Shown here one piece after another: positions 1 to 15,400 of a DNA stretch of 64,000 nucleotides (within the stretch, counting starts at the first letter, position 1; each line of letters begins with the position of its first letter). A program made the translations under genes and the position numbers. Source of the stretch: Styela clava (Eukaryota). Below the pieces are notes generated by a model. The model was not told where the DNA came from. It saw only the letters and a program-made list of their open reading frames with translations, and did not search any database. The stretch spans positions 5,146,001-5,210,000 of the forward strand of contig NC_135262.1 in NCBI RefSeq assembly GCF_964204865.1, in the 5' to 3' direction.

Positions 1-486
1 TGTACATAAATCATATATAATATATAATTTCTGAGATCTTGGGCAAAACTAATGAATGCAAAAAGAGGTTCTCAAGGCCCATGATCAAATAGAAATTCTT
101 TTTTTATACTTCATCATTGCAGAGTTTCTGGTGCTTATTTCGAGACTGTTTTTCGTAGATTTGCCAACTGGTTTACATGTTTTATAACCATAATTTTGAT
201 TCAAATCATTCAACCACCGAAATTCTGAAACTTTAGCCCGGTTTATTTCATATTTTTCAGGACTAATTTTGTATTACCGCAACTAAACTAAAACTATTCA
301 CAGGATAAAATGACCATTGAGTTGTTTGGTTTATACTTAAAACTAAAAACTGACAAATATTCAGCAAAACCAATAAGCTAATGAAAAAAATCATTCATTT
401 ATTTATTTAATTAAGGGGAATATAAAATCCACATAATAGTTTCCTATAATATTGCCATTTTACATGTTTTTTGATTTCAATAACAG

Positions 487-3400
487 AATCTTCTAAAGAA
501 ATGTGCTTCACCGCTAACTAGTCCTTTGTCCGAGGACAGAGAAGCAGTTGCCTTGCAGACAACATCATTCAATCAAGTTATGCGAGAACTTGTGAGAGAA
601 GTTACATCACCGAACCAACTAGTCAGAGAACAGGTAATAATAATGACCTAGTGCAGCTGTTCCCAAGGGTTGTGGGGGGGGGGGGCCACAATGCGCGGCG
701 CAAAACTGTTACTACTTTTTCCTTGACAGGAAAACTCATTCTTCTTCGTATTTTCATTCCTTGAGGAGGTTATTTCACAAGATTTTTTCACTTTGTTGAG
801 CATGAATTGTTTGAACATAATGGGATTTGCAATCAATCAATCAGTTAACACTATAAATACCACTGAAATGATAAACAGGGGGGTCGTGAGTGTTAAAAGC
901 CTTCGAAAGGGGGCCACAAGCTCCAAAAGGATGATAACCCATTGTCTTAACTATCTTGACATTGCAAGTTTAATGATTTTGGGTTCAGATCCCATGTTCT
1001 ATACCACACCCAGGCTGTGATAAATTTGATAAGAAATGTAGAATTAGAACGATTTTGGTTCTTGGAAAATATTTTCTTACACATCTTATATTTTCTTGCA
1101 TATACAGGGTCTTGTTTTGAGCAAAAGCCTTGAGTAAGCAAAAATATATGATATCTCTGACCAAGCATGACACAGTGCCTCATTGACGCAGTTCATCAAT
1201 AACCACCCATGCTTGGAACAGGGGAAAAATTCAATCTTTCACTCCATCATTATTTTCAGGCGATGAGTTCGCTTCATACTTTGGCAGAAACTTCGGAAAA
1301 GAGTGTAACATCGATTATGGCTCCCCATCGTGATGTGTTAGCCGACATGATTCCACCTAGAAAACATTTGCTTCGGCATCAACCTGTGAATACTCAAATT
1401 GGACTCATGGATGGAAACACTTTCTGTAACACTCTCAATCCAAGATTATTTACAATTGATTTAGCTATTGTGGAACATAAGGTGGGTGTATTATACTTTA
1501 TCAGCTTCGAATAAAGTTTATCTTACTGAAAAGTTTGTGTTAATATAGTAAAGTTTTAAATATAAGTTTGTGTCAATATTATTCTGCCCATATTCAAAAG
1601 CATCTATTTCCCCTTGGTAGTTTGTTCCTGGTTTGCATGGTGAATGTGTCATTTTGTTTATATTATATTATGTTCAAATTTTTGCTGGAGCAGTCTGTCT
1701 GTCTTCATATTTGTCAGGGTTAAATGTCACATAATTGTATTATATGCCAAAATGACTTTGTATGTGTGTCTTGTCTTTCAACCTCTGATGTCTGTAATTC
1801 CAATCATGCAATTTGTTATTTGTTGAGAGGAATGAACATACATGCTACATATGTTTCCATCACCAACTGTCAGTTATGACTTTTCTACTAGTTCTGTTCA
1901 TGTATCCCAGATGATTCCATTCTCATGTGCATTAACAGAGCAATATATAACAGATTAAGATTTAACACTATGTCGCTGACAAGTAGGCCAAATGATCATT
2001 TTGCGGTCATCAAGTTCATTCTGTGCATTCATATATTTTTAGTTTTGCTTCATTTTATTGTGCCTGTTTGCTTGAATAGCTAATAAAAAAACACCTTGTT
2101 TGATTTCAGGTTTTCTTTACTGAATTGTTCAACATTTGTGAAGCAGATGACGCAGCTTTAAAAAAACTAGCTTGTTATAAAAATGTTGCAAGCTTAGTTC
2201 CTCTCAGAATCAGTGCAATGAAAGTTTTGGCTGCATTGCATTACATCCCCCAGGTAATAAATCGTGAATATAATGTCAATATAACTAAATTTAATCTCAA
2301 CAAATTCCTTGAGCTATTTTCAGCTAAAATATCAAAACTTGGTTTTGGCTTGGTTGTGGGCTTGTGGCAGCATCAGGCAGTCCAGATTGATTTATCCACT
2401 TATCCAATATCCACTTACCAATATACTTTACAGGTGAAAGATCGAATTATTAATGTTTTATTCAAACAACTCGGATCAGAAAGTGAAGAATTGATGAAAA
2501 CAGCAGAAGAATGCATTGAAAAATTTTTGAAAGGAACTGCAGAAGAAGGAAAACCAGTAGAAAATGAAGTTCTTCATAATGCAATGAGACCAACGCTGTT
2601 CAAAATGGGAGATTATCGGTAAAAGACTGTTCGTAATTCGTGGACGCAGTGACCCAGTGGTTAAACTTAACTTAACCCAAGCGTTAAACTTAACTATGAT
2701 ATTTTGAAATCTTGAGTTTGAATTCCACCACCTTACCCAGAGTGAAATATGAATTGTGAATAATTCTCATATTGGTCATTTTCAATAATATAGTATCATA
2801 CTGAGTGTTTGCATCTCTGATTACTCTTCACAGGATCGATCGCTGGTTTTAATTCCAGAGAGGACAATTTATAATAAATGGAGAATTTAGCTGGACTCTT
2901 CGGGTCTGTTCCTCCACCACCAACTCCATGCATTTGGTTTGCCATATGATTAAACCATAATATCGGCTTTTTACTCGCCCAGGTTAAAAAATAAAAGCCT
3001 ATTTAAGATCAAAAGTTTCTCTTTGAAATGATAACATTTCTTATGTTTGCTATTTTGTTTATAATTTATTTTTTGTCACTTTAGGAGTCTAACACTGAGT
3101 GTGGTACGCCATCTTGCTACACTTTCTCGACTTTTTCCGAATTCATTCAACGAGAAGCTCTGTGAACAACTTTATACTCATCTCGGAAAATGGTTGGAAG
3201 TTGTTCTACACAAACATCAATCTCACACTGATATCCAACAAGAATTGAAACTGTGTGTCGCTATTCTAGACATATTTCATCTCATTCCACTCGCCCCTCA
3301 GGTGAGAATTTTTTGTAATCAAATTAGATCATGGCTGGACGGAGAATAAAACATAATCTATTTTAGCCTTCGGAGAGGTTGTCCAACTTGTCCCAAATCT

Positions 3401-6400
3401 ATGATGTGACTCAAAAGAAACTGTAAATTACCTGATACCTTTTCTGAAAATGACGAAATTTTATTTAACACTTGAACTTCTATTGTTTGTGATTGCACCC
3501 AGAAGTTTCATTTATCTAGGACGCTTTGTACGAAAGTTATGTTCTCTCTAGAATTTGTCCCAAATGACCTGGGTTCTATTTTTTGTGTACCACCTTTTTT
3601 CCACTTGTCCCAATTGCACCGCATTTCCCAATTGTATAGATCAGGGGTGGCCAACCTATGGCGCATGCGCCAAACGTGGCACATTGCATGATTAGAGGTG
3701 GCGCATTGCATCTTTAACCCTTTTCATGCCAAAATTGTTAATTGCACTTGGCTTCTCCACACCAAGTCGTTTTTTTGCGATTTACATGGTGACTTTTGAT
3801 CGTACCTAAAATCTATTCTCATTACTCATCGTCGCCCACTTATGGCTTGTTGGAATTAGAAACAACAGGCGATTATCGACGTTAGCTTTTGGACGGACTT
3901 TATGACATTCATTCTAGGCTTTTAGCAAAAATTAGTAAAATTTACTATTTTTTCCCTACTGAAGTAAAAAGTTCAGAACTTCTGGAAAAATAGAAAATCG
4001 TCATTTATCAGCTTGAAACATGGATTTTCTATTGCCCAGACTTCCCAAATATCTCCCAATAACAATTGAACAACCAGTTGAATTGCCCAAGCCTAAAAAA
4101 TTTATTATAAATCAATCCAAAACATGCTGAAAATGACCCCTAAATACCACCTTTTTCATCCAAACTTCAAATGACCGTTGTCAACGAAAGCGAAGCGTAA
4201 AATCGCTTGCTGTGACGCAAGTACTAATCTCGAAAAAGCCTGGAGTAAATGCACTGCTCCTCTTAGTAACAAACGTAACTCCAAGAATAAAAAAACTGGC
4301 GAAAGTAAAACAGCAGCAAAAGTCTCATAAAGGCGGTACTTAAAAAATAAAATTGATCAGTTTTATTTATTATACTTCCTTGCTTAATTTTTATTCATGT
4401 GAAGTTGTAAATTGTAAAAACTACATATACGTGTGTATATATGTGTGTGTATTATAAATTTATATAATTTTAACAAGAAGCGGACATTAGGCGTGGGAAT
4501 ACAAGAGATTTACGGCGCATCTGAAACATTATGTTTAAAACGTGGCGCATGGTATGTGAAAGGTTGGCCACCCCTGGTATAGATCTACCGAATTTCATAT
4601 CTATCCTAACCCAGAAAAATTGGTAAAAGTGGAGCAATTATAAGACAAGTGAGAAAGGTGAGAAAATTTGAAAAAGCAGGACAAGTGGGACATGACATTT
4701 TGGAGCCATTGTCCAGTAATATTACTACAGTACCTCTACACCTTCCCCAATTGTCCCAACTGTGTGGATCCATTAAATGTTAATCTATTCAAACCCAGAA
4801 CATGGGTGGTAAAAGTTTGAGGCGAGTAGGAATGTCTAGTACTAACATACCTGCTTTCGCACTCTTTCAGACCTCATTTTTATATTTTCGAATGTTTCAT
4901 TGTCATTCTTTTTATTAATTTTAGTCTCTTCTGGAGCCTTTGATCACCAGCGTAGTCAAAACTGAGGCAGGTTTGATGACAGAAATTGGAAGTCCTTTAC
5001 GTGAACCGTTGTTCCAATTTGTTGTTCAACATCCTGATGAAGCCTTGCTAATTTTCTTGCAAGAAGTTCATGTTACCAACGCACATTGGAATCGACTCAT
5101 GGTAATTAATTCTGTGTTTAGATTATTCAGTATTTTTTAATATTTTGAATAGGTTTTGAATAGGATGCATAAGATTCTGTATAATGAATCATTGAATATT
5201 TCTCTACAGGGTTGGATGCAAGGCCCAATCCCTGAATTGCATATCAATTCGAGTCAGTCATCCACAACTTGGAACATGTTTTACTTCCAGCAAAATTTAA
5301 AATTAGAATCTTGAGTTTAAGTTATTTATAATAATAGTTTTATCTTGTGTTAAATTAATGCCGTTTTAAAATTGATCAAGACTTAATTATGAGTTTACGA
5401 TTGCGTCGGCGTAAACATGGCCTATTTTTAGTTATCAAATGCTAAACTTATCAAAAGCTTACAGCATTAATCTGTTGTATTTCACACTGATGACTATGTG
5501 TTCAACTTAAAGAAAATAGTCATAATACTATTTATACTATACTATCTCAGTCATAATACTAATTCTTACAGACATTTTTCCTGAAAAAACAAGATGAGAA
5601 TGGTCGACTTTTGCGACACACTATGGAACAAAAAAGTTCTCAATTGCTTGATGTATGTTTCAGTAGACAACTGTATTATCATGGATTACAGGTTAGAATT
5701 ATTTTTGCTCTCTCGCTGGTGTGACATTTTATAATAATGCTATTTTAAATATTATTAATGATTGAGTTATTTTAAAAATCTTTTATACAACAACAATAAC
5801 TTTAAAGAAACTAGGGTGAAGAAGAGCATTGTATTTTATGTGCATTGAGGATAGGATTTACATATTTCTCCTGTGAGAGAAAAACAACAACAAGATGGCT
5901 TAATCATATGGCGAACCACAGCCTCTCTTTCGGTTAGCAGTCCATGTTGGGTATGGCCCGTATGGGATTAGTTAACCAGGTATTTTGTTTTCAGATGCAT
6001 AAACTTGTTTAAAAAATCTAGTTAGGTATTTGCGATTTAAATATTGTAATATCACTCACAAATACTAGTTTTAATCTGGTGTGTTTTCATTTGTAAATTT
6101 TTGGAGTACAGTTTTCTCATAGCTAACAAGTTTTAATATTTTAGGTTATCTGGATTCTTGCAAAGAACAATTCAAATTATTTGGTTCAGCATGTTAACAT
6201 TGTCAAGAAACTGCAACTTATTTGGTCAAGTCGTGAGTTTCAACAACGACACAAACATGGTAAATTTGATGATTATTTTGTCATAGATACAGAAAAGTAG
6301 GAAAATGTAGTAAGTTATAGTGTTTTGAGGTTAGCTTTTAAAAACGTTAACCTGTTTTAACAAGTTTCTGTGATAAAAATTATTTTTTTGGTTCAAGTTA

Positions 6401-9400
6401 ATTTATATTTATGGCTTATCTTGTTGGCACATTTTTTATTTATTATCCAGGGGACAAAAGATGTTAGTATCGTTTTATCATGTGCCGAATCTTTCCTTCT
6501 TATTTGCCATTCCAGGCTGTATATGGTGAAGACTGAACACCAAATTTTGTAGTTAATATGGAATCCCCAAAGTTTAGTTTCACTATTATACTATAATTAC
6601 TAGTTCATCAGAATTAAGATGATATAGACCACGGCTTTTAAAACTGGGGGTTGTGGCCCCGCAGTGGTCCACGCTATGACGTTTAGGGGTTGTAAAAAGT
6701 ACACCAATTTCATGAGGTACCATATCTAACTTTTGATTCGAAACAAAATTATTGAAACTAGTGCAAAACGTTCATTTAAAACTGTTTATTTTGATTTCTC
6801 ACGATTTCTTTCAGATCAATCTCTAACCATTCATTTCAACGAACCTCGAATTTTGGCAAAAATATTGAATTTGTACGTAAGCAACAATCCAGATAATGTG
6901 GAGCTTCATTTCCAATTACTTCGGGGATTTTCTGGACGATCTCTTGCGGATTTCACTTTTCTCAAAACATGGTTTGAAGAGAAAATACCTACAACGTATT
7001 CGATACTCCAAAAAAGAAAGGTAGATATTTATTGCTCTGATGCACGGTTGCCCAAAACGAATTGAAAATTAGAATACCTTTAAAACTGGTGATATTTGAT
7101 ACAATAAACATATGATTTTTGAAATAGTTCAGAATAACTTTATTTGAAAAAATGTCATTATTTGATGACTGATTGTCAGATGTAAAATAAGATTTTTTTT
7201 AACTTATGATTCTGTCAAAAGTAGAAAATAACATGTTCCTATAAACTATTTTGCATTGCCAAATTCAAGTTTCTAACAATATCCAATAATTTCTGCAAAT
7301 TTGTCTCTGTTTATTATAATTCAATTCACAATATCTTCAATATTTCTCAGTTAAAATATGATTTTATAATATATTTGAAGTAGTTAAATATTTGATTTTA
7401 GCAATTTTTATGTTAATAAGTTATATTTGAAAAATGAATCGAAAAACAAACAATTTGGTGATGTGAAAGTACAGTAAATGAAATAATACCCAATCTTTCT
7501 GGAGTCCCAGGATAAATATGTAAATCCTATCTTACCCTATCTCAGGTTTTCTTCAAATATGTTGAGTTATTCCATGATGATGCTTTTCCTGCTGAACTCA
7601 AAGCTTATGCTCTGCAATATATTCTGATTCCAATGTTCAAAAAAACATTTGAGAACGGAGAAGGAGAACAAATAATTGGTGGGCCTCCCAACCCTGAGTC
7701 TGATAATCATAACGATTGTATCAGCGTCTTCATCAACCAGTAAGTAAAATGGATGAGTATACTTGCATAAACATTTGCCACTTATGACTTTCGGTAGCTG
7801 ATTCTAATGACTCTTTAACAGTGACTCTTTAACTGCCGGGTTCAAGGGTGGTTCACGTAACCGCTGGTCAGCTCCCTCCACCATTGGGTCCATGCTTTCG
7901 AAAAACAAATACTAGCTAACTAACTAATCCCATACCCGACATGGACTGGTAACCAGACGAGAGGATGTGGTTTGCCATGTGAGTAAGCTGTCTTATCGTC
8001 TTTCCCCTCTGTGGATTGAATATGTTATGTCAAATTCTAATTTCCTTTTAATTTATATCGAAATTATTTTATTTTGTTCACAATTTTTTTTGTGTATTTT
8101 TCAGAGTAATTGATCCTGATCAGCCGTATGGAGTACCTGATGCAGTGAGGATCCAGTTGCTACGATTTTTAGCTTTACTTGTTGAAAATGCATCGACCCA
8201 TATCCATGACCCCGGTAACAAACGCCATGGCAACAAACTTCGTCGTATAATGACATTTGCATGGCCTTGCTTACTTCCAAAGAATTGTATCGATCCAGCA
8301 ACGAAATACCATGGTCATCTACTGTTGTCTCACATCATTGCCAAGTTTGCAATTCACAAGCGAATTGTGCTGCAGACTTTCTATTCCCTTCTCAAGGTAA
8401 CTGATGATTTAAGAAGTACGCAACATGTAGGACAAAATTTAAAACAGTGAAAAATGTGTTCATAGAGAGACTGACTTTTGAAAAGTTACATGAAACTCAT
8501 AAATAATAGGAAAAAAATTAGTGTAATACTAGAGCACTAGTGATTCTTATTGGGACAAGCCTATCTCGCCTATTGTAAATGATTCTGGAATTTCTTTTTT
8601 CTTTGAGATTTTTATCAACTGTTATGTTATATGTCATGTTGTAATATGTGTGAATTGATGCCCCCCCCCCCCCCCATATCTTACTTTTTTAGTGTAAATT
8701 GGTTATTGTAAACCTTGGTTCAAATTATGTAAATTTATTAATGAGCGGTTCTGTTTTTACGCTCAGAAATTAAAATGAATTGGAGGATTGCAATCCATAA
8801 ATTTAATATTGAGCTATTTAAACGTATTGCATCACACTTCACAAATTTGATTCTGTAAGGTTTTGTCTGACTGAGAGTGATTCAAGGAATTTCAACAGCT
8901 CAATAAAAGTTGTCTTGATTGTTGCTACGATAGTGATGCGGTCAGTGCATAAGTATTCACTGACACATAGAGTAGAAAGAAAGGAGAAGTACTTAGGAAC
9001 CTGCTTTCCTATAATTTATGCGCACCCTAAATTCAACTATTATATCCGCCTCTCATTCTCAACTCGCTTTTTCATCTCGCAATATTTTACCCAGGCTCAT
9101 GCTGTAGAAGCTCGTGCTGTTGTTCGTCAGGCACTCGATATTCTCACGCCAGCTATGCCTACTAGAATGGAGGATGGAAATCAAATGTTAACACACTGGA
9201 CAAGAAAAATTATTGTTGAAGAAGGACATACTATTGCTCAGCTGATGCATGTCTTGCAACTTATTGTTAGACATTGTATGGTTAGTTTTCAATTTCTAAT
9301 AATTATCCAATGATATAACTTCTATCATTATAATTTGAAACAGATAGAGAAATTTAAGGTGTTGTCGTTAGACATTTTTTGTTTCAATACTATTTTTCTA

Positions 9401-12400
9401 TTTTGTCAAAATTAAAATTAAATTCATTTAAAAATTTCTGAAATTTAATTAACTAAATACTTACTGGTATTAATATTTTTGATTGACAATTCCGATACCA
9501 AGTGAACATGTTTACAACCATTGATTGAATGACGTTGATTGTCACCACAATATCCCAATGGTTAATGTGCAGTCCTGGTTAGGTTCGTTCAAGTTCAAAT
9601 CGAAAAATGAAGCCAACTAAAACCAAGTCTGTTTCTTGAATTTAGTTCACTTGACTGTATTCAGCAAATACTGGAGTTTTAATTTACATAATTCGAATCT
9701 TGTGGAAAACAATTTTTCTTCAATGATCAACTTTCCTATCCTTGAATTTCATTTTAAACTGTCGTTTATTCCCAGGTTTATTATCCTGTCAACAATGGCC
9801 TTATACAACAAATGGTCGCATCAATGCAACGACTTGGTCTTGCTCCTAACATTAATGCAGAACATCGAAGGTATTTACTTTTTACTTCAAAAATCCTCTT
9901 TATCCTTTATTCATTACTGTTATCTCGCAGAAAACATGGTTATATTATATGATACATCGAAAATGTTATCATGTTCAATGCTCGCTCTTCCTATTATATA
10001 GTAGTATGTAATCCTAATATTATTTAATTAAAACCAGAATTGAAGACTAGATTCCACAATGAAAACTTAATGTTTGCCGATAAATGATTTTCATATTAAT
10101 CATAGGGAAAGGAAAAGTGATAAGGCAGCCAGCTTGAGGAAGAAGCCATAACCAACCAGTGTTTGTGTGAACCACACTTTAACAGGAATTCTAGAAATCC
10201 CCTCGCACATAATTATACTACACAGAATTCAAATCTGCAAACAAGGAAAATTTAAAATAAAATATCACCACCCATTCGTACGCTAATTAAATACTATTTT
10301 TGTAAATTAACAGACTTGCTGTTGACGTGGCTGAAGTTTTATTGAAATGGGAATTGAGAAGATTGCAAGAATCAGGAATATTAGATTCTGGAGATGATGC
10401 AGGTAGGATGCTTTATACATTTTTTATACAAAGCCTATTCACATTATTTGCTCTGAACAATGCCCTGTACAATCAGCCACTGATATCTAACGATATGCAA
10501 GAAGGTATTATTCAATGGAGAAAATGAGTCTTTCTGGTTAGCATTGCCTACTCGATTTATTATACCATTTGTGGGTATACCAGTAACTGTTAAATAGATT
10601 AAAAAAAATTTCATATAAAAATATTTCACTAACATCTTGAAGAATCAGTGGATTATTCGAAGTTAAACTAGAAATATTGTTGTTATGAAAGCTATAAAAC
10701 CTATGAACAAATACAAATAAACAATTATTACCAATGTACATTGTAGAAATGATAGAGCTTACCATCATGCCATCTGACATCTCAGATTAGGATGTTATTT
10801 CATATTCATGTCAAAGATTATCATTATATACAAATGTGTACTCCTTATTTTCTGCAGTGAAACATCTGACCTATCCAATGTCTAACATTTCTTTGATGAA
10901 AACATTATCTGGTGAATTGCAAACCTCATCAAGTCATCAAGTGTCTCCAATTGATAAGAAACATTCCGATTCTGTTGTTAATTTTCTTTTGAGAATGACC
11001 TGTCAGGTATGTGTTGAAGTTTACTTTTCAACCCCAAATTTGAAAACTAAGCACTATTTACTTAGTCACTGTGTGAATTCTATGTCTACGGTAAAGCAGA
11101 AAAAACTGTATTAAAACGCTGACATTTAACGATATGTACTTTTGAAGGACTGGAAACTTTTATGTTCAACTTTATCTATACAATTTGTTACATTTTGGGT
11201 GAGCTGATGGACATGGGCTTGGAGTTTAAGATGCGAACTCAACCTGCGATATGAGATGAAACTACTCCATAATTTTCAAACTCTATAACTAGATATGGCA
11301 AGACGAAATAAGTAATGGATAGTAAATAGTTCAAAATATAAGCTTACAGCTTTTGACTATATCATTTAAATAAAGAAATCAAATCTATATTGAAAATTCC
11401 ACTATATCTCTACTGTCTATTTTCTTCTTATAAACCTAATTCTAATAATACTGGTTCAGGGTAATGATTCATCTGGAGGTTCAACTGGAGAAATACTTGG
11501 AAGACGATGTATCGCATTATTGAAGAAAGCTCTAAAACCAGAAGTCTGGTTAAACTCTGATCTACATTTAGGATGGCTTGAAAAATTGTTGCTTTCTGTT
11601 GAAGCTTATCAACAGGTGTGTCCACTTTATGCAAATAAAATTCAATATTTCGAATGGAAAATACTGAATACTTATACAAAAATATTTTTTGTTTATTTCA
11701 ATTTTTAATTATCTAACCTTTGAAGGTATGAAGGAAATGATATCAGCTAATAAAAATTAAGTTTACATCATGTTGAAAAACCTTGAATGCTATACACATG
11801 TATAAGGTGTTATTGTACTACTTATTCGAGGTGGATGAAATATAGGATGGCTCATAGGCCAAGATTGAGATTAAGTTAGAGTTGGGGCATTATGTCCCAA
11901 TGTTTATTTGATCCAATATCGATTATGTTCTAAACTTTTTTCAGAACAATATGAGCAACATTTGTACGGCACTTGATCTTCTGACATTATTACTCCAACA
12001 TTTACCAAAGGAATCAATCTTGACAACTTTCAAACCGATACAAAATGGAATTGCTGCTTGTATGAACTGTTCATCTACCAAGGTAAGTACAAAATAGGTC
12101 ACTGTGAATGTGACAGTCGGTAGTTGGTGTATCTCCAAACAGATAAACCATTTGCTTGGTGTACTCGTAACTTGTGATGAATACATGCTTGAAAGTACCG
12201 GATATATATTTTGAGAATAAAGAAAGAGAGAGGAAAATTTATTAATTGCATGATTTTTCATAATTCTATTTGGAGTTTAAATGAAATTTGTGACTTTACG
12301 AATTGATTTAAAATAAGAATTTCAAAGTTTACACTTTATTAGTAGGGCTTACTCTCAGGCAAATTTGCATTTTTTTATAAAGGATGTTGTAGATGTTCTT

Positions 12401-15400
12401 GTTGGTGACAAAAGCCATAAACACTCTACTGTAGCAAGGACTGCAACAATTCTTTAACACTAGTTGTCATAAGATTTATTAATTTGGATATTGCACTTAT
12501 TCAATAGTTGTCAGCATCAAATATCAGCAATTGAATTTACATAATATTTTCTTATATTTGACAGATTATTCGTTCTGTGCAAATGTTGTTATCTCGATTG
12601 ATGTCAATTTTTCCAACTGAACGTAGCATATTAAGTGTCTCATCAATGCATGAACAACTAGAAGTCTTATACACGGCCGTAGGAAAAAATATACAAGAAG
12701 GACTCGCTACTTATGAAAAGACAACAAATGCTACAGCATCAAGTACGTATTTATTTTGTTTTCGATTAATTTTATTGGCATTGCAATTAACACATCTTTG
12801 GTTCAAATCCCATGCTCTGTTTCATGTGACCATCCTCACCCAGGGTGAAATAAATTGGGAAGACAATGCCAGAATGATTCTGGTCCTTCCAAGTAAATAG
12901 TAGTTACATACATATATCAGTAGCTGCTTGTACAGGACCTTTATCAGAGCAAAGGCACGACTAAACGTCATATAAAAAAGTAAAGTCTAAAGTATCTTAT
13001 ACATTTATTGACATTGGATTTCATGCAATGTAACTTGTTATTTCTGTTCTTTAAATGTGTCTCTTAACTTGTATCATTTTTGTATTCACGAGGTGGAGAT
13101 GCGGAAATAATTTGGTATTAAACCAGCTTATCTGTTTAATAGCTATTCATTTTACTGCTAAAACTAAAACTTACTTCGTTTTTAGGTCTCTTCCCAACTC
13201 TTCTCATTCTGAAGTCAGCATGCACTCACAATGTGAGTTACATTGATAGATTGATGAGTGTTTTCATGAAAACGTTTCTCAAACTTGTTAAAGATCATCT
13301 GAATCCTGCACAGGCACCAGGACAAACTACTCCCGAACCTAATCCAGGTATTCTATGTTTTTCTCACCAACACACTACCACATGGACTGCTGTACCCCAC
13401 ACTGTCATTATTTCCCAGTGATAATGCCAGATTTTTACAAATTGCATGCAAAATTCCTCCAACTTTATTAATAGGGATGAACTATAATCTCACAAAAAAA
13501 AACTGCTAGGAAATGTATTGAATAAACTTTTGACTACCAGCCCCTAAGATCCACCACGCACCTTTGACTGACACAGCGTTAAATTGGGTATTCTTCATGC
13601 GGTTGCACAATCATTAAATTCTCTTCACAAAGTTTTCATTGACTATTGTGACTGGAATATGTAGTCTTACAATCTCTTTTGGGATAATTATTTACTGGAT
13701 TTAGACCTCATTCTGAAGTCGGCATGCACTCACAATGTGGTTACATTGATAGATTGGTCTTGTGCATACATCCCATCTCCAGTATTTATAAATATTAATT
13801 TTTTTATATTGCTTTTACGAGACGAATAAACATACATACAAGATTGTACAGAATTATTATTTATCAGTACAATGATGCCTTTCTTGAATGGTTAGCTGAA
13901 TGAGCTAAAACATCCAGCCATGGGTCAGTTCCTATATATATATATATATACCAATAGGGCAATACATATCAAACATGTGAGAGAACAAATATACGGCATT
14001 ATTTGAAATTTATTTCTTCAGAGTCTTAGATAGAAATGAGATACCTCACTCTCATTTTTGAATTACCCTACTAATCCCAAATTGATGCTAACAAATTAAA
14101 AATAAGCTTTTTCAATATCTTTTTGTTTTCTTTCCAGCCTCTGGTGAACTAATCATAATATGCCTTGAACTTGTGAAAAACAGAGTTTCAGTTATGTCAA
14201 GTGACGTCAGAAAAACTTTTATCCAAAATATTCTGGCTCAACTTATTGAAAAATCTGTTGATGGGAAAATTTTGAAAGCGATTACAAAAACTATGGATGA
14301 ATGGCTGAAGGTGGGTTCTTGTAATATTTTTCATGTGGACTTTCATGTAACTGGATAATAGTGTTTTCTTGTTTTAACATTCTACACTCTGAACATGGCA
14401 TCACACAAGCAGCAATTTTGAGGTTAGATGCTTCAAAAGTTTGGAAGGATCGGATTTTTTCTGGTTTGGCATTGCCAACCTAATTTATTACACCCTGGGT
14501 GAGAGTGGTCACATGATTTACACTCAAGATTTTAACCTGTAACTCCGTCACAGTCGAATATTTACTGCATCAATTACTATGCTTTGATGTTCACTATATC
14601 ATTGTTTTTAGCTTTATATGAAGGAAAGTTTGCAGAGATGTTCCATAATAAGCCAATCAGAAATTTCTTCTCTTTATTCCTTTCAGATCAAATCGACTCC
14701 TGAAGCGAGCCAGGTTCCTACAATGAGAGAGAAATCCCATTTGTTATTAAAAATGATGACATTCATTGAAAAAAGATTTCCAGACGATCTTGAATTACAA
14801 GCCAGCTTTTTGGAACTTGTCAACTATGTTTACAGGTTCGAATTTGGCAAAATCTTATTGTCCATATTTTTCCGTGACTAGATTTATTTTTGGATAATGT
14901 AAATAGGTCAATAAATGCTATATATATTATTACTTATACTTAGTTTTTGTGTTGTAACCATTTGTTTTTATTAACTGCTATTTGAGTTCTTACCTAGTTG
15001 ATTTTGATGCTAGATTTTATCCAATTACCTGAGCTATATAGGAGTTAGTTAAACACAACCTGAACTTGACATTTTTAATAAATACCTTCGTTGTACATTC
15101 AAGATATTCTCTCTGATTCATGTATATCTAAATTTTAGCATAATTTGGTTGTAGAAAAGCCAAATTTCATGGGAGATACCGTTTGAAATTGATCAAAAAT
15201 CAATGTTTATTCAATCGCATATGTATAATTTTGAATTGCATATATGTGCATGTGACATATGTGCATATGTCTGCAACATATGTGTAATGCCGTCTTCGTA
15301 ATCATGTTTTGGTCTTTAATAAAATGATAAAGTATTCATACTACTTCAATACTGATTGCTAATAATATTATTTGTTCGGCCAGAGATGAAAGTCTTATTC

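Noticed and set aside
6570-6611. Minus-strand CUGAUGA-ACUA...UAGU-GAAAC hammerhead-like string
   Set aside because: No compatible stem I, stem III or NUH site, and unrelated to the repeat family.
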